From: an uncultured Planctomycetaceae bacterium
GTDB lineage: Bacteria > Planctomycetota > Planctomycetia > Isosphaerales > Isosphaeraceae
Assembly: GCA_963833985.1 (NCBI GenBank)
Contig: CAWIAD010000001.1
Span: forward strand, 2,304,001-2,368,000
Length of the DNA stretch: 64,000 bases
Reading direction: 5' to 3'
Positions 1 through 14,997 of this stretch are shown one piece after another; position 1 is the first letter of the stretch, and each line of letters opens with the position of its first letter. Below the pieces are notes generated by a model. It saw only the letters and a program-made list of their open reading frames with translations. It searched no databases and was not told where the DNA came from. The position numbers and the translations under genes were made by a program.

Positions 1-3000
1 CGCCCGGGTCGATTCCTGGCGCGGCCAGCCGCGCCAGGAGACGTTGCTGGTTCGGGCAGAGCGCGGCCAGCCGGACGATGAGCAGCCCGCGGGTGCTGGC
101 ATCCGGAGCGTGTCTGAGGCGCGTCCAGAGCACTTCGTGATCGCCCAGGGCGTCCAGCGCGATGACCGCCATCGCCTGCTGCGCGGCCTGACGTTTCGTC
201 GCGGCGCCCTGCGCGAGATCGGGCGGCGCAGGGCGCAGCACGGAACGGAGAAAATCCAGGGCGGGCCCGGGCCGCCTCATCTTCGCAAGCTGCCGGATGA
301 GGATCAGGGCGGGGTCGGGCAAGGAATCGATCATTCGCTCGGCCAGCGCCCTCGCATCGCCGCGCCGTTTCAGGATCTCGGCGAGCACCTCGGCAGCGAT
401 CACGCTCTGCACGGAGTGGACCTCCGGGTCGCTACAGAGCTGAGACAGGGGCCCGGCCAGCGAGCCGAGAGCCGGCTCGAGCATGTCCATCCAGCCCGGC
501 AGGCTCTGTCCTCCCTCGTCGATCAGCGCGCGCGCCAGGATCGGTGCCTCGGAACCAAGCTGCTCGACCGCGACCGGCTCAAGAACCGCCAGAACGCACG
601 CCGCGCGAAGCCGGACGCGGGGCTCGGCGCTCGCGTCGCGCAGCGTCTCGCACAGCGCGTCGGCTCCCGCATGCTCGGGATGCGCGGCCAGGACGCCCCG
701 GATGACGCTCAGCCGGCCCGGCCCCGGGGCCTCGAGTGCCAGCGCGCGGAGGATCCGGCCGCGGTCGGCAGTCGCAGCGAACCGGTAGAGGAGTATGGCC
801 GTCACCTTACGTTCGTTCTCATCGCCGGCGCTGGAGGCCTCCCGCGCTTGCAGTTCCGCCACGACCCGCCGCTGGTACGGGACAAGCTCATTGATCCGGG
901 CCTCCAGGTCGCCGTCGCCCTGAGCCAGTGCCACGTTCAACCGGGCCCTGGCTTCATGCTCGTCCATGAGCAGCTTGCCGCCCGTAACGGCTGCCGCCAC
1001 GATTCCGGCCGCCACGGCCAGCCGGCCCAGAAATCGCCACGAGGCGGCGCGCAGGAGCCGCTTCTCATCCGGCGTCCAGTCGCCGGGATCGGTGTTCCGC
1101 AGAATGCCCGCGTACTCGAAGGCCGAGGGAAGCTGACGGCCTCCCGGCCGCTCTAGCCATGCGGCGGTGATGGCACGAAGCCGCCTCCGCGCCCGGCCCG
1201 CCTGCGTGAATCGCTGGTTGCGGTCGATCCACTGGCGAATCGGCTGAATGAGGTAGTCATGGGCAAGCTGAAAGTGCAACCCGGTGGGGTTTCCCGGTGG
1301 CTCTTCAGCGGGAGGCGAATCGGCCGGCAGGTGCTCCACCGGGGTGATCAGCCGCAGGTCCCGGTCCAGGACGCGGATCAGATCAGCGAAGTCAGCCGGC
1401 TTGTCCGCATAGCCGGCGGCCCGGGCCAGAGCCAGGGCGCTCCGGGGCACCCCCCGCAGCACCTCCTCCGGCGACGGCAGGAGCTCCTCGAGGGCGGCCT
1501 GCGCGGCCCGCGCCTGTACCCGGTGCGCCGGAGACGCCGACGACGAGTCAAACGCCTGCTCCAGGAACTTCACGCCGATCCCATCCACCCCCCCCAGGCT
1601 TCGAAACGTCTGGACGTTCCACGGCCGATTGCGTACGACCTCCACAAAAAGACTGAGCCGTACCGGCGTCACGCGGCCGTCAGCGCTTGCCAGGGCCTCG
1701 ACGGCCCGGTCCAGGAACCGGGCCTCCTCGCTGCCCGGGGTCAGCCCGCCGGCCGGCAGCCGGCCCAGCGCGCGGCCATACTCCTCCAGAACTCTCAGGG
1801 TGTGCCGGCGGTCGAAGAGCTCGACCGCTGCGCTGTTGACGCCTTCCACCAGCGGCACCTCGATGGCCCGCAAGACGCGCGTGAGCGCCATCCAGAAATC
1901 GTCGCGCACCAGCAGCAGGGCCTGCACACGCTTGCCGTCACACTGCCGCAGTGCCCGCACCAGCTCGAGCGACGGCTCGATGGTGCGTCCCTGGAGCCAC
2001 TGCTCGAACTGGTCGAGCACCAGCAGCAGCTTGCGGCGCGGCTGGAGGTTGGGATCGTCGCGCAACAGCGCGACGGCCTCTGGCAAGTTGCAGTCCTCCG
2101 GCAAATAAGGCACCGCGCCGCGCAGCCCGGCGAGCAGCAACGCCTCGGTCTGGCCGGGCGATGCCTCCAGGACGATGGCTCGCACCCGGGAGCGGTCCAG
2201 CACGGGAAGGAGCCCGGCTTTCACGAACGACGACTTGCCCCCACCCGACGGGCCATAGATCACCCCGGTGCTGAAGCACACCGCCGGCTCATTGCCCTCG
2301 ATGCGCCGCCTCCAGAACCGGACCGATTCGGGCAGACCGTCGCTCCCACGCGGCCCGGGCAAGAGCCCCAGGAAGTACCCGGCATCCTCGGCGCCGAAGC
2401 CGCGCAGGCCCCGGGGCACGACGGCCGCATCCGAGGCGACCGCGCGCAGCTCGCGATCCTGCGCGACGAGCCAGCGCCTCAGCTCCTCAGCCAGGTCCGC
2501 GGCGGTGAGGTAGCGGTCGCTCATCTGCCGCGACAGGCAGCGGATGCAGATCCGTTCCAGCTCGCGAGGAATCGCCGCGTCATACTGCCGCGGGGGCCGG
2601 GGCTCGCGGTTCAGGATCTCGTCGAAGTACTCCGATGTGGTGCCGCCCCGGAACGGAGGCCGGCCCGTGAGCCCGCGGTAGAGGATCACCCCCAGGGCCC
2701 AGATGTCCGTACGACCGTCGAGCCGGTTGATCTCCCCGCTCACTTGCTCAGGAGCCATGTAGGGCGGCGTGCCGGCAACTTCCCCGCGCCGCAGGCGCTG
2801 GATCTCTTCGTCCACCGCCAGGCCGAAATCGCAGACCCGAGCATTCCCCTGGGTGTCGATGAGAATGTTCGGCGGCTTCAAATCCCGGTGGACCAGACCC
2901 AGTGAGTGCGCGTGATGCACCGCCTCGGCCACCTCGGCAATGATCTCGGCGAGACGTGCCGGCGCGATGCGCGTTTGCTGGAGCACCTCCTCGAGGTTTG

Positions 3001-3723
3001 TCCCTTGAACGTATTCCAGGACGATGAATCCGCCAGGCAGCCCTGCCGACTCGGGGTCGCCCTCACGGGCCGGGGCGACGAACTCCCGGAGCTTGACGAT
3101 GCCCGGATGATCGAGCGCCCGCAGCCGTTGGGCCTCCTCGGCCAGTGTGAGCATGCGCCGGCGGCTGAACGGATCCCCGGGCCGGGCTACCTTGAGAGCG
3201 ACCTCGCAACCGCGGTCGTCGTGAGCCAGATAGACCACGAAATTACCCTGCCCGATCAGCCGGATGACACGGAACCGGCCGATCCGCTCGGGCACGGCCA
3301 CGGGCTCGCCGCCATCACCCAGCGCGGGGTCCCAGGTGATCGCCCGGCCCAGGGCCGATCCGGGCTCGCCGAAGGGCTCGCCCATGGGAGGCGGCGTCTC
3401 CGGCTCGCGGCCGCTCGAGGTTGGCGGCACGATCAGGGTCAGCCCGGTATGCGAGGCTTGACGGAGCGCCGTGAGGATCTGCTCGCCATATTCGCGGAAC
3501 CGCGGCACGTAGTCGGCTACCACGGCGGTCTCGCCTGCCTTCTTGCGCAGCTCCACCTCGGCGCCAGCAGCTCGACGAAGAACTCGGTGCGGCGGTCCAC
3601 CCTTGCGGCCGCCAGGTAGTCCTCGATCCGTGGATTCAACCCCGCGCACCAGGCCGCCTCGAACGAGTCGCAGACCCGATCAATCTCCTGGAGAACCCAG
3701 AGTGGCAGCGAGTCGGACAACAC
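1..3723 (-). CDS. Ser/Thr protein kinase fused to a STAND-like P-loop NTPase, a hydrophobic segment and a helical region; runs off the left edge; frameshift near 3565
   Basis: Manual minus-strand translation gives VALKV, HRDLKPPNIL, DFGLA, GTPPYMAPEQ and DIWALG, then Walker A GPSGGGKSS and Walker B LLLVLDQFE. The N-terminus IDRVCDSFEAAW...PRIEDYL is typical of planctomycete kinases. The main frame has no stop before position 1, so it is missing from the ORF track. Confidence 0.85.
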
Positions 3724-3896
3724 CGGATGCGATTCCCGAGGGGATGATCCCGATACGGCGGCGGAAGTGATGCTGCCGTGCCGCGAGAGATCTCAACCCG
3801 TTTCATTGGAATCGCGCGATGAGCCGAATGCAACCTCGTGACTTGTAAGCTTTCGTTCTTCTTCCGCCCGAATACGGTCTCATGGAGTGCGCCACC

Positions 3897-5339
3897 TCAG
3901 CCGGGCGGCTTCAGTTTCTCAAGCAGCTTCATGACTTTTTCCATGTGCTGCTCGATCTGATCGACGGACTTCTCGAGCCGATCGAGCCTGAATTCGACGA
4001 CGGCGAGGCGCGAGTCGACACGCAGGAATCCATCCTGCACGTCATAACCCAGGTCCAGCGGCTTCAAGGCCCGCTCGATCGTCCAACCCAGCAGGTCGTC
4101 ATCGTGTTGGTCAAGCTTCACTTTCGTTTCGAGCGTGTGTCCTGCCTTCCGCAGGGCTTCGGGCTCAACGTAAATGGGGATTCCCGGATAGTTTGCCGTG
4201 GCGGTCTTCGCCTTCACGGTTTTGAGGAATTGCGACAGCGATAACTCGCCAGGGAGCTCCAGATCGCACTTGCGAGCAAGCAAATCACGTATGTGCTTCG
4301 TCTTCTGGAGCAGGGCCAGATCGGCGGACCTTTTGGTACGGCGTTCCGCGAGTCTCCTCCACGTCTCTGCGTCCAGGTAATCGCGCTTGAGAGACGGATT
4401 GCCGCCTACTGTAGGCGGTGTGGCCGAGTTTCCGCCACCTCGACCCGCATCGGGCTGCGCCGGGTCGCGGCCTTGCTGCGCCAGTACAACCGTGCCAAGA
4501 GCGGTTGCGGCGACCAAGGCGGGAATCGCGGCGAGCTTGATGGTGTCCCAGATCATGGTTCTCAATACTCCTTGTGCCAGCAAGCAAACGGCGGCCGGCC
4601 CGGCCCCGGCGGCCAGGGGTCCGACGGTCAGCCATTTCGAGGCGAGAGCCACGGTCGCCCCGACCAGGGGTTGAGCTACCGGCTCGATCAACCGGGCCGC
4701 GCGTGCGCCCGCCGGCAGGAACGCACTCGGGCCAAGGCCGCGCGCCTTCAGCCGCGAGACGAGCCGCTTCCGGCCGCGGTGCAAGCGGCCGCGGAGCGTT
4801 GGCTCCCTGACCCCCAGCCGCCTGGCCGCCTGCTCGTAGCTCAGCTCTTCGAGGCAGCAAAGAATAAGCGGTGCACGCAGGCTTTCCGGTAGCCGGGCCA
4901 ACTCCTGGTGAACCGCCTCGAGCTCCTCGCCTCGAGCGAGCGGCTCGCTCATGACCGATGCGCGAGCCTCCCATCCCAGCGGCTTCTCGAGGGCAAGGCG
5001 CCTGGCCGCCTGGCTTCGGGCCCGTCGTGCCACCCGCAGCGCCACGCCGTGCAGCCACGGGCCGATGGACTGCCCGGCACGGATTCCGCCGGCCCTCGGC
5101 ACGAGGACCAGGAACGTGGCCTGAAACGCATCGTCGGCCCGGTGCACGTCTCCCAGCACGCTCCGGCAGACGCTCATCACGATCGCCCCGTACCGCTCCA
5201 CCAGCACGCGGAACGCCTCAGCGTCGCCGTGCGTTCGGAAGCGCTCCAGAAGCGGGCCGTCTTCCATGTTGCCGGCAGATCCCACGCGGAAGAGCGTCTC
5301 GATGGGTTGGGTGCCAGCTTTGTGGCGAGTGGCATTCAT
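3897..5339 (-). CDS. ECF sigma-70 factor with a putative membrane helix and a C-terminal STN-like extension
   Basis: Region 2 DDAFQATFLVL..WLHGVALRVA; region 4 LPESLRAPLILCCLEELSYEQAA..RLHRGR; hydrophobic LAAIPALVAATALGTVVLA; C-terminal GIPIYVEPEAL..ALKPLDLGYDVQDGFLRV. Confidence 0.9.
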   Translation of the reverse strand: MNATRHKAGTQPIETLFRVGSAGNMEDGPLLERFRTHGDAEAFRVLVERYGAIVMSVCRSVLGDVHRADDAFQATFLVLVPRAGGIRAGQSIGPWLHGVALRVARRARSQAARRLALEKPLGWEARASVMSEPLARGEELEAVHQELARLPESLRAPLILCCLEELSYEQAARRLGVREPTLRGRLHRGRKRLVSRLKARGLGPSAFLPAGARAARLIEPVAQPLVGATVALASKWLTVGPLAAGAGPAAVCLLAQGVLRTMIWDTIKLAAIPALVAATALGTVVLAQQGRDPAQPDAGRGGGNSATPPTVGGNPSLKRDYLDAETWRRLAERRTKRSADLALLQKTKHIRDLLARKCDLELPGELSLSQFLKTVKAKTATANYPGIPIYVEPEALRKAGHTLETKVKLDQHDDDLLGWTIERALKPLDLGYDVQDGFLRVDSRLAVVEFRLDRLEKSVDQIEQHMEKVMKLLEKLKPPG

Positions 5340-5547
5340 CGTTCCTGCTCGTTCCCTCCAAGGATTCTCGATCAGGCTTCCCCACTATTAGTGCTTGTAA
5401 GTCGCTCTGTCTCACGGGCCTGCCCGAGAATTCTCTCAAATCAGTCCGGAGCACGCATTGTCGGGAATAGCGTTGATCCATGCCAGACGCCACGGTAGGC
5501 TCGTCTAGTTGGCCCATGATCCCCATCTCTGTCCAGGAACCACTTCC

Positions 5548-6564
5548 ATGCGTTACCGCTGGACGTCAGCATACCGTCTCGTTCCGGGTTTGCTCGTCGC
5601 CCTGATGGCAAGCTTCCCCGCGGTCTGCCTGGCGCAGACTTCCGCGAGCAAGAACGCGGACGCCAAGAAACCTTCCATCTACGATCAGCACGCCGACGCC
5701 AGGGCGCAGCTCTCGGCCGCCTCGGCGCGGGCCCAGAAAACCGACAAACGCGTGCTGCTCATGTTCGGCGGCGACTGGTGCGGCTGGTGCCACAAGCTGC
5801 ACGGCCTCTTCGCCAGCGATGCCGAGATTCGCAAGCTGATCTACAACGAGTACGAGCTGGTGATGGTGGACACGAAGGCCCCGCATGCTTCCGAGCTCCT
5901 GGAAGAGTGCTCGAAAGGACAGACGGGCGTCGGCTTTCCGTTCCTGGCCGTGATGGATTCCAGCGGCAAGCTGCTTGTCGGCCAGAAGACCGATCCCCTG
6001 GAGCAAGGGGACCATCATGATCCCAAGAAGGTGAAGGAATTCCTGGCGAAGTGGGTCGTCGCGCCGCAGGATGCTCAGGCCCTGTTGAAGACGGCCGTGG
6101 ATCGGGCTTCGTCGGAAGACAAGAGGGTCTTCCTCAGCTTCGGCGCTCCCTGGTGCGGCTGGTGCCACAAGCTCGAGGATTTCCTCGCCCGGCCTGACAT
6201 CCAGAAGATCATGGACCGCGACTTCGTGATGCTCAAGATCGACATCGAGCGTATGACCGGCGGCAACGACGTGATGAAGAAGTACCGTGCCGACGATTCG
6301 GGCGGCATTCCCTGGTTCACCGTGCTCGACGGCCGCGGCACGAAGCTGGCCACCTCCGACGTACTGGAGGGCCGGGTCAAGAACATCGGCTATCCGGCGA
6401 CGCCGCAGGAGATCAAGGCGTTCATGGGAATCATGGAGGCCCAGGCGAAGCGCATCGAGCCCACTCAGCTCGCCCGGCTCCGCAAGGAGCTCGAGACGGC
6501 CGGCGAGAAGATCGTTGCTGACATGAAGGCCGCGCAGGAGCGGGCCAAGGCTCGGGCGAACTGA
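5548..6564 (+). CDS. Exported protein with two thioredoxin domains
   Basis: Signal peptide and two WCGWC motifs. Confidence 0.9.
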   Translation: MRYRWTSAYRLVPGLLVALMASFPAVCLAQTSASKNADAKKPSIYDQHADARAQLSAASARAQKTDKRVLLMFGGDWCGWCHKLHGLFASDAEIRKLIYNEYELVMVDTKAPHASELLEECSKGQTGVGFPFLAVMDSSGKLLVGQKTDPLEQGDHHDPKKVKEFLAKWVVAPQDAQALLKTAVDRASSEDKRVFLSFGAPWCGWCHKLEDFLARPDIQKIMDRDFVMLKIDIERMTGGNDVMKKYRADDSGGIPWFTVLDGRGTKLATSDVLEGRVKNIGYPATPQEIKAFMGIMEAQAKRIEPTQLARLRKELETAGEKIVADMKAAQERAKARAN

Positions 6565-6577
6565 GTCGCCGCGCCTT

Positions 6578-9884
<3,307 letters not shown>

Positions 9885-9963
9885 CTCGGGTCCGCTCGTT
9901 CTCGACTTTGGTTCCGGGCACTACGATTGGTTCCGGGCACGTCCGCGTCGTGGCCGGTCGCGC

Positions 9964-10943
9964 TCACGCCGGCTTGTCCCTGGGTATTCTAGGGCCGGTT
10001 CGGACGTCCGGCCACCGGGGCAGGTCCAGAGCACGCCCCACGACCACGCCGCGGCCGCGGATGAACCGGACCGCGGGCGCCGGCGGCAGGGCGTGCGCGG
10101 GCTCGGGACGGGAATCAGAGCCATGTGCGGAGTCCGATCGCGGCACCCGGCTGACGCGTTCGATCACATCAAGCAGATCGCCCGGATCGACGGGCAGATC
10201 CAGACAGGCGGACGCGCCTGCGGCTTTCGCCCGCAGCACGGTGGCTCGATCCGCGAAGCCCGCCAGCGCCACGACCGGGCCGCACATTGCCGCATCGGCA
10301 ACCCAGCGCGGCCACTCGGGTTCCAGTACGGGAACATCATACACGGTCACGACCCGAGCCGGTGCAGGTGCCAATGCAGGTGCCGGTGCGGCGCCGGGAC
10401 CCACCGCGCAATCCTCGCTTGCGACCTGCGGATCGCTGGCCGTCTCGAACCCGGCCGCGCCGCACACCTCGCTCAGCACGGAACGCAGCTCATAGTTGCT
10501 GGTCATGATGCGCACGGCCCGCGGACCGGGCAGGGGAAGCGTCCGGTCCGCGGATTCCGGCAGGCCCAGTAACCGGCTCACGTGGCGCGGCAGCGTTTCC
10601 AGGGCGGTCGCCTCGGGTATGGCGGCATCCACAACCCGCAAGCATCGATCCAGCTCGGCGTAGCGCACATAGGGGCTATAGCACAGGATCAGCCGCGGGG
10701 CGGCCGGCTCGCCGGCGGGCTGGCGCAGCCGGTCGATCGCCAGGGCGTCCGCCAGTGAGAGCCGCAGTCGATGGAGAACCACCAGGTCAGGCGGGCATTC
10801 GGGATCGAAGAGCCGATCCGGGACTGCGCCCGGCAGTGCGACGAGCGCACGCAAGTGATGCCGGCCAGCGACTCCAGCAGGCGCTGCACCCAGGGGTCTT
10901 CGAGATCCCCGACGAACCGGACGTTGCCCCCAACTGCATTCAT
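9964..10943 (-). CDS. Hypothetical protein with degenerate receiver-like domain(s); frameshift near 10830
   Basis: MNAVGGNVRFVGDLEDPWV.. continues in another frame as PDLVVLHR..; C-terminal PVVALAGFADRATVLRAKAAGASACLDLPVDPGDL resembles the end of a REC domain. Confidence 0.55.
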
Positions 10944-11119
10944 AAGATGGCCTGAACGGGTTACCCGCGCGAAGGTGCGTCGAGTGCAGCGACGACGCAT
11001 TGACACCTCGGGCTTCGGCTCGGTGCGCTTCCGCTGCGCCTGGCGCACACCGCGACCAGCAATCGCTTAACAGAAAACCGGCTGGCCGGCAATGGCGAAG
11101 ATGGATGCAATCCACATCG

Positions 11120-12860
11120 GGGTGTAAGACGCGGTTCGCGCCGCCCGAGGCCGGTGGTAGCATGTCAAGTCAAGTTTCCCAAATTGTCCGTCACCGGAAG
11201 TCCAAGGAGGGACCTGCTATGCCTTTCCGTAAGTCACCATCGATGGATCGCACCGGGGTCGAGCAGATGGCCAAAGGGTGGGGGAAAATTGTGGCGCAGA
11301 CGGGTCCACGAAGAAGTTGGGCCTGACCTGGACCTCGATGCCGACGACATGGAACAAATGGCCATGACCGCGGCCTGTGCCGTGGCCAAGGGAACCATCG
11401 AGGAACTCCTGAAGCAGAAAGCCTCCCTCTTGGGGGCCGAGCAGCCTTGTCCCAACTGCAAGCGGCTCTGTCCGGTGCAACGCAACGATCGAACCATTGA
11501 ATTCTGGGGAGGCAAGGTCACCTACGCCGAACCGAAGTGCCACTGCCCGGCATGTCGCCGGGATTTTTTTCCCTCAGCGTCCGGCCTTGCGCCTCACGCC
11601 ACATGACTACAGCCCTTCGGTGCTGCGCAAGATCGTCCGTTGCGGTGCCCGGGAGCCCTCCTTCCGGGAGGCGGCCGAGGCGATGGCGGAATTGGCCGAG
11701 GTGACCATCGGCAGTCGGCAGATCGGCCGCATCGCCCAGGAGGTCGGCCAACAATTGCAGGCCGAGAGAGATCAGCATGTGAGCGAACTTCAAGCCCATA
11801 AGCTCGAGCCGCGAGTCGAGACACGGCCGGCTCTGGCAGTGGTCGAGGTTGACGGCGGCCGGCTGCAGATTCGCGGCCAGGGGGAAGGGCCCGGTGCCCA
11901 TGATGCGTCCTGGCGTGAGGACAAGATCGCGATTCTGGCCACCATGGCCAATGTCGTCTCGGACTGCGACCCGGAGCCGGAGTTGCCCGCCTGCTACCGC
12001 GACCGGGGATACGTCGAGAAGCTTGTCGGCGGGATCAGCGGGTCGAGCTCGATGGGCCTACAGGAGGCCCCGGCGGAGAACATCGACGAAGCATCTCTGC
12101 CGTCCCCCGGGGATCGGTCCGAGCCGAGGGAAAGGCCCGAACTGGTGGTGCGGACTTACGTGGCGAGCACCTGCTCCAGCGAGCAATTCGGGCCGATGGT
12201 GGCCGCGGAGGCGTGGCGACGCAATCTCATGAAAGCGGCTCATCGGGCGTTCCTGGGGGACGGCTCGGCCTGGATCTGGAAATTGCAGCAACGGCATTTT
12301 CCGACCTTTCTGGCCATCGTTGATTTTCTCCACGCCCTGGGTCACCTGTTCGCGGCCGCCAAGGCTGCGGCGATCGAGACCGAAGGCCGCTGGGAGTTGT
12401 TCCAGGCATGGGCGGAGGCCTGCTGGAAGGGACGCGTGGGCCAGGTGATTGAGGAACTCCGTACCCTGCGAGATGCCCAGGCGTCCTTATCCGGAGACGA
12501 GCTCGAACGGCTGGCCGACGATGACCCGCGCAAGATCATCGCCCAAGAACTCGGCTACCTGGAGCATAATCGAGAGCGGATGGACTACCCTGCTTATCGA
12601 CGCGGGGGATTGCCGTGGACGAGCAGTCACGTGGAGTCGACCGTGAAGATCTTCAACCGGCGGGTCAAGGGGTCGGAGAAATTCTGGAGCGACGCCGGTG
12701 CCGAGACGATGCTTCAGCTTCGAGCGTCGTTCCTCTCGGAGGACGGACGCCTGGATCGGTACCTCAAAGAGAGGCCCAGCAGCCCCTTCCGCAACTATAA
12801 AGCCAGGGAAACTGGGAAAGCGGCGTAGGACCTCAGAAAAACGAACCGTGTCTTACACCC
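11120..12860 (+). mobile_element. Mutator-type insertion sequence (ISKra4/ISLre2-like), 1741 bp
   Basis: 19-bp terminal inverted repeats GGGTGTAAGACGCGGTTCG (11120-11138) and CGAACCGTGTCTTACACCC (12842-12860) with one mismatch; 9-bp direct repeat TCCACATCG at 11111-11119 and 12861-12869. Confidence 0.93.
11219..12828 (+). CDS. ISKra4-like DDE transposase in three frames (shifts near 11297 and 11570)
   Basis: RBS AAGGAGG before ATG 11219; CPNC..CPAC zinc ribbon; EVDGG, FLGDGSAWIW, VDFLHA, RMDYPAYR..GLPWTSSHVES motifs. Confidence 0.88.
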
Positions 12861-12960
12861 TCCACATCGAGCAAAACGGGCAGGCGGGAAAAAAGATGTA
12901 TCCGCCCCGGCTTCTGGCCACATGATAGAAGCGTCACGTGGAGTCAATGGAGCATCTCCC

Positions 12961-14976
12961 ATGAATGCACAGCGGCTGGGAACCTCGCACCTGGTCCGGC
13001 TCTTTGACGGCGGCAGCCTGTCCGGACTCTCGGAGTGGCAACTCCTCGAGCGGTATGTCGTGCATCGCGATGAGCTGGCCTTTCAGTTGATCGTGACGCG
13101 GCACGGACCGATGGTCCTGGGGATCTGCCGGCGGATGCTCGAGAACCCGGCCGACGTCGACGATGCCTTCCAGGCCACGTTCCTGGTACTGCTTCAGCGC
13201 GCCGGGTCGCTCGGTCCGAACGACACGATCGCCGGCTGGCTGCATGGCGTGGCAGTTCGAGTGGCCCGCCAGGCGCGGCATACGGCGCGGCGGCGCAGCC
13301 GGCGCGAACTGGGCGGAATCGCCATCGAGCCCGTCTCGCCCGAGCCGCCGGCTGACGACCCGGATTTGCGGCGGATCCTCGATGAGGAGATCCACAGGCT
13401 GCCGTCCAAGTACCGGGTGCCCATCATCCTCTGCTACCTGGAAGGCCAGACTCATCAGGAGGCGTCGCGGCAGCTCCAGTGGCCGCTGGGAACCGTCAAG
13501 GGGCGCCTGGCCCGGGCGCGCTCGCTCCTGGAATCTCGACTGGCACGCCGTGGCGTCGCAGGCGGGGCAACGCTGGCGGCCCTGGCCGCGGATTCCCTTG
13601 CGGAAGCCGCGGTTCCCCCGGCTCTCGTCGCCGCCACCTGCGCCGCGGCCGCCCGGATCAGCTCGGGTGCCTTGCTCACTCACGTCGTCTCCGCATCGGT
13701 CGCCCATCTCTCTCAAGGAGCCATCACCACCATGTTCATACACAAGCTCAAGCTCATCGCAGGTGCCTGCGTGGTCTCCGGCCTGTTCCTCACCAGCGCC
13801 GGGGTGCTCGCCCGCCAGGCGACGGGACCCCAGGCCGTCGACCTGCCTCGCGAGGCCGCGGACCGACCCGACCCGGGAGGAGAACCGGAACACAAGCCTG
13901 GTGCCGCGTCGGCCCCGCTCGCGCAGCCGACGGAGAAGCCGGCGTTCGCCGCTGGCCCCACCGTGCAGCCGAGGATGGACGTCCAGACAAGTGCCGAGGC
14001 GCTCTATCGCCAGCTCATCGAAGGAGCCAGACGAGCTTTCAACGCCAGCCAGGAAGACTACAACAAGGGGCACAGCCCCCTCCAGCGGGTGTATCAGGCC
14101 TCGAAGCTGCTCATGGAGAGCGAGCGCGACGTGGCCACGCAGCAGGCCGAGAAGCTCAGGGCACTGGAGAACCACCTCGATCGCATTCAGAAGCTGGCGC
14201 GGTACCATGCCGACGAGGGCAACGCCGACGATGCCAACGGCGCCGAGGCGAAAGCGTACCTTGCCGAAGCCCAGCTTTTGCTGGCCCAGGCAAAGACGCC
14301 GAAGGCTGCCTCCCCCGCGTCGTCCGGCCCCGCGCCCCGAGGCACAGCGCAAGGGCCCGGGGAAGACCCCAGGTCACGGGCGATCCTGGCTCGGCTCGAG
14401 CAGCCCATCGCGATGTCCTTCGCCAATGAGACCCCGCTCGAAGACGTGATCAAGTACCTCAAGCAGGCCACGACAGGCCCCAATGAGTCGGGCATCCCCA
14501 TCTACGTCGACCCGCTCGGTCTCCAGGAAGCCGAGAAAACGCTCACATCACCGGTGTCGATTGACCTCGAGGGAATTCCGCTGCGGCGCACGCTCCAGCT
14601 CGTGCTCCGGCCGCTCGGCCTGGGGTACTTCGTGCAGGACGGCATCCTGGTCATCACGTCCATCGATGGCGAAGACAACGGCTTGCAGCCCGAGCAGATT
14701 GGCCCGTCCCCCTTCGAGAAGAAGCAGCAAAAGCTGGAACGCGGTGAGCTGACCATGCAGGAAATGAGGGACTTCGCCACAGAGCTGAAGCTTCAGTCCG
14801 AGATCATGAAGCAGATCGGCGTGCTGCACGAATTGCAGCGGAGGGACGAGCGCGGCGTGGGGGACACACCCGGAGTGAAACCAGACCGGGTCACCGCACT
14901 GCTCTCGGAGTTCAAGAACCTGTTGCAAGAGATGAGGTCCGACCGGCAGAAGTCCAGGTCGAGCGAGGCGAAGTGA
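12961..14976 (+). CDS. ECF sigma-70 factor with a putative membrane helix, a helical region and a C-terminal STN-like domain
   Basis: RHGPMVLGICRR, DDAFQATFLVL, LPSKYRVPIILCYLEG, GTVKGRLARAR; C-terminal ETPLEDVIKYLK..GIPIYVDPLGL..LGLGYFVQDGILVITS. Confidence 0.92.
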   Translation: MNAQRLGTSHLVRLFDGGSLSGLSEWQLLERYVVHRDELAFQLIVTRHGPMVLGICRRMLENPADVDDAFQATFLVLLQRAGSLGPNDTIAGWLHGVAVRVARQARHTARRRSRRELGGIAIEPVSPEPPADDPDLRRILDEEIHRLPSKYRVPIILCYLEGQTHQEASRQLQWPLGTVKGRLARARSLLESRLARRGVAGGATLAALAADSLAEAAVPPALVAATCAAAARISSGALLTHVVSASVAHLSQGAITTMFIHKLKLIAGACVVSGLFLTSAGVLARQATGPQAVDLPREAADRPDPGGEPEHKPGAASAPLAQPTEKPAFAAGPTVQPRMDVQTSAEALYRQLIEGARRAFNASQEDYNKGHSPLQRVYQASKLLMESERDVATQQAEKLRALENHLDRIQKLARYHADEGNADDANGAEAKAYLAEAQLLLAQAKTPKAASPASSGPAPRGTAQGPGEDPRSRAILARLEQPIAMSFANETPLEDVIKYLKQATTGPNESGIPIYVDPLGLQEAEKTLTSPVSIDLEGIPLRRTLQLVLRPLGLGYFVQDGILVITSIDGEDNGLQPEQIGPSPFEKKQQKLERGELTMQEMRDFATELKLQSEIMKQIGVLHELQRRDERGVGDTPGVKPDRVTALLSEFKNLLQEMRSDRQKSRSSEAK

Positions 14977-14997
14977 AACGAGCGGGCGATCCCCCGT

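Noticed and set aside
44..3619. Long plus-strand ORFs of 370, 548 and 237 aa
   Set aside because: They are antisense shadows of the minus-strand kinase. The same applies to most overlapping Arg/Pro/Gly-rich ORFs in this GC-rich window.
5375..5445. Shared promoter motif upstream of the three ECF genes (GCACTAATAG, CCACATGATAG, AGACTACACGAG)
   Set aside because: Too short and divergent to support from three examples.
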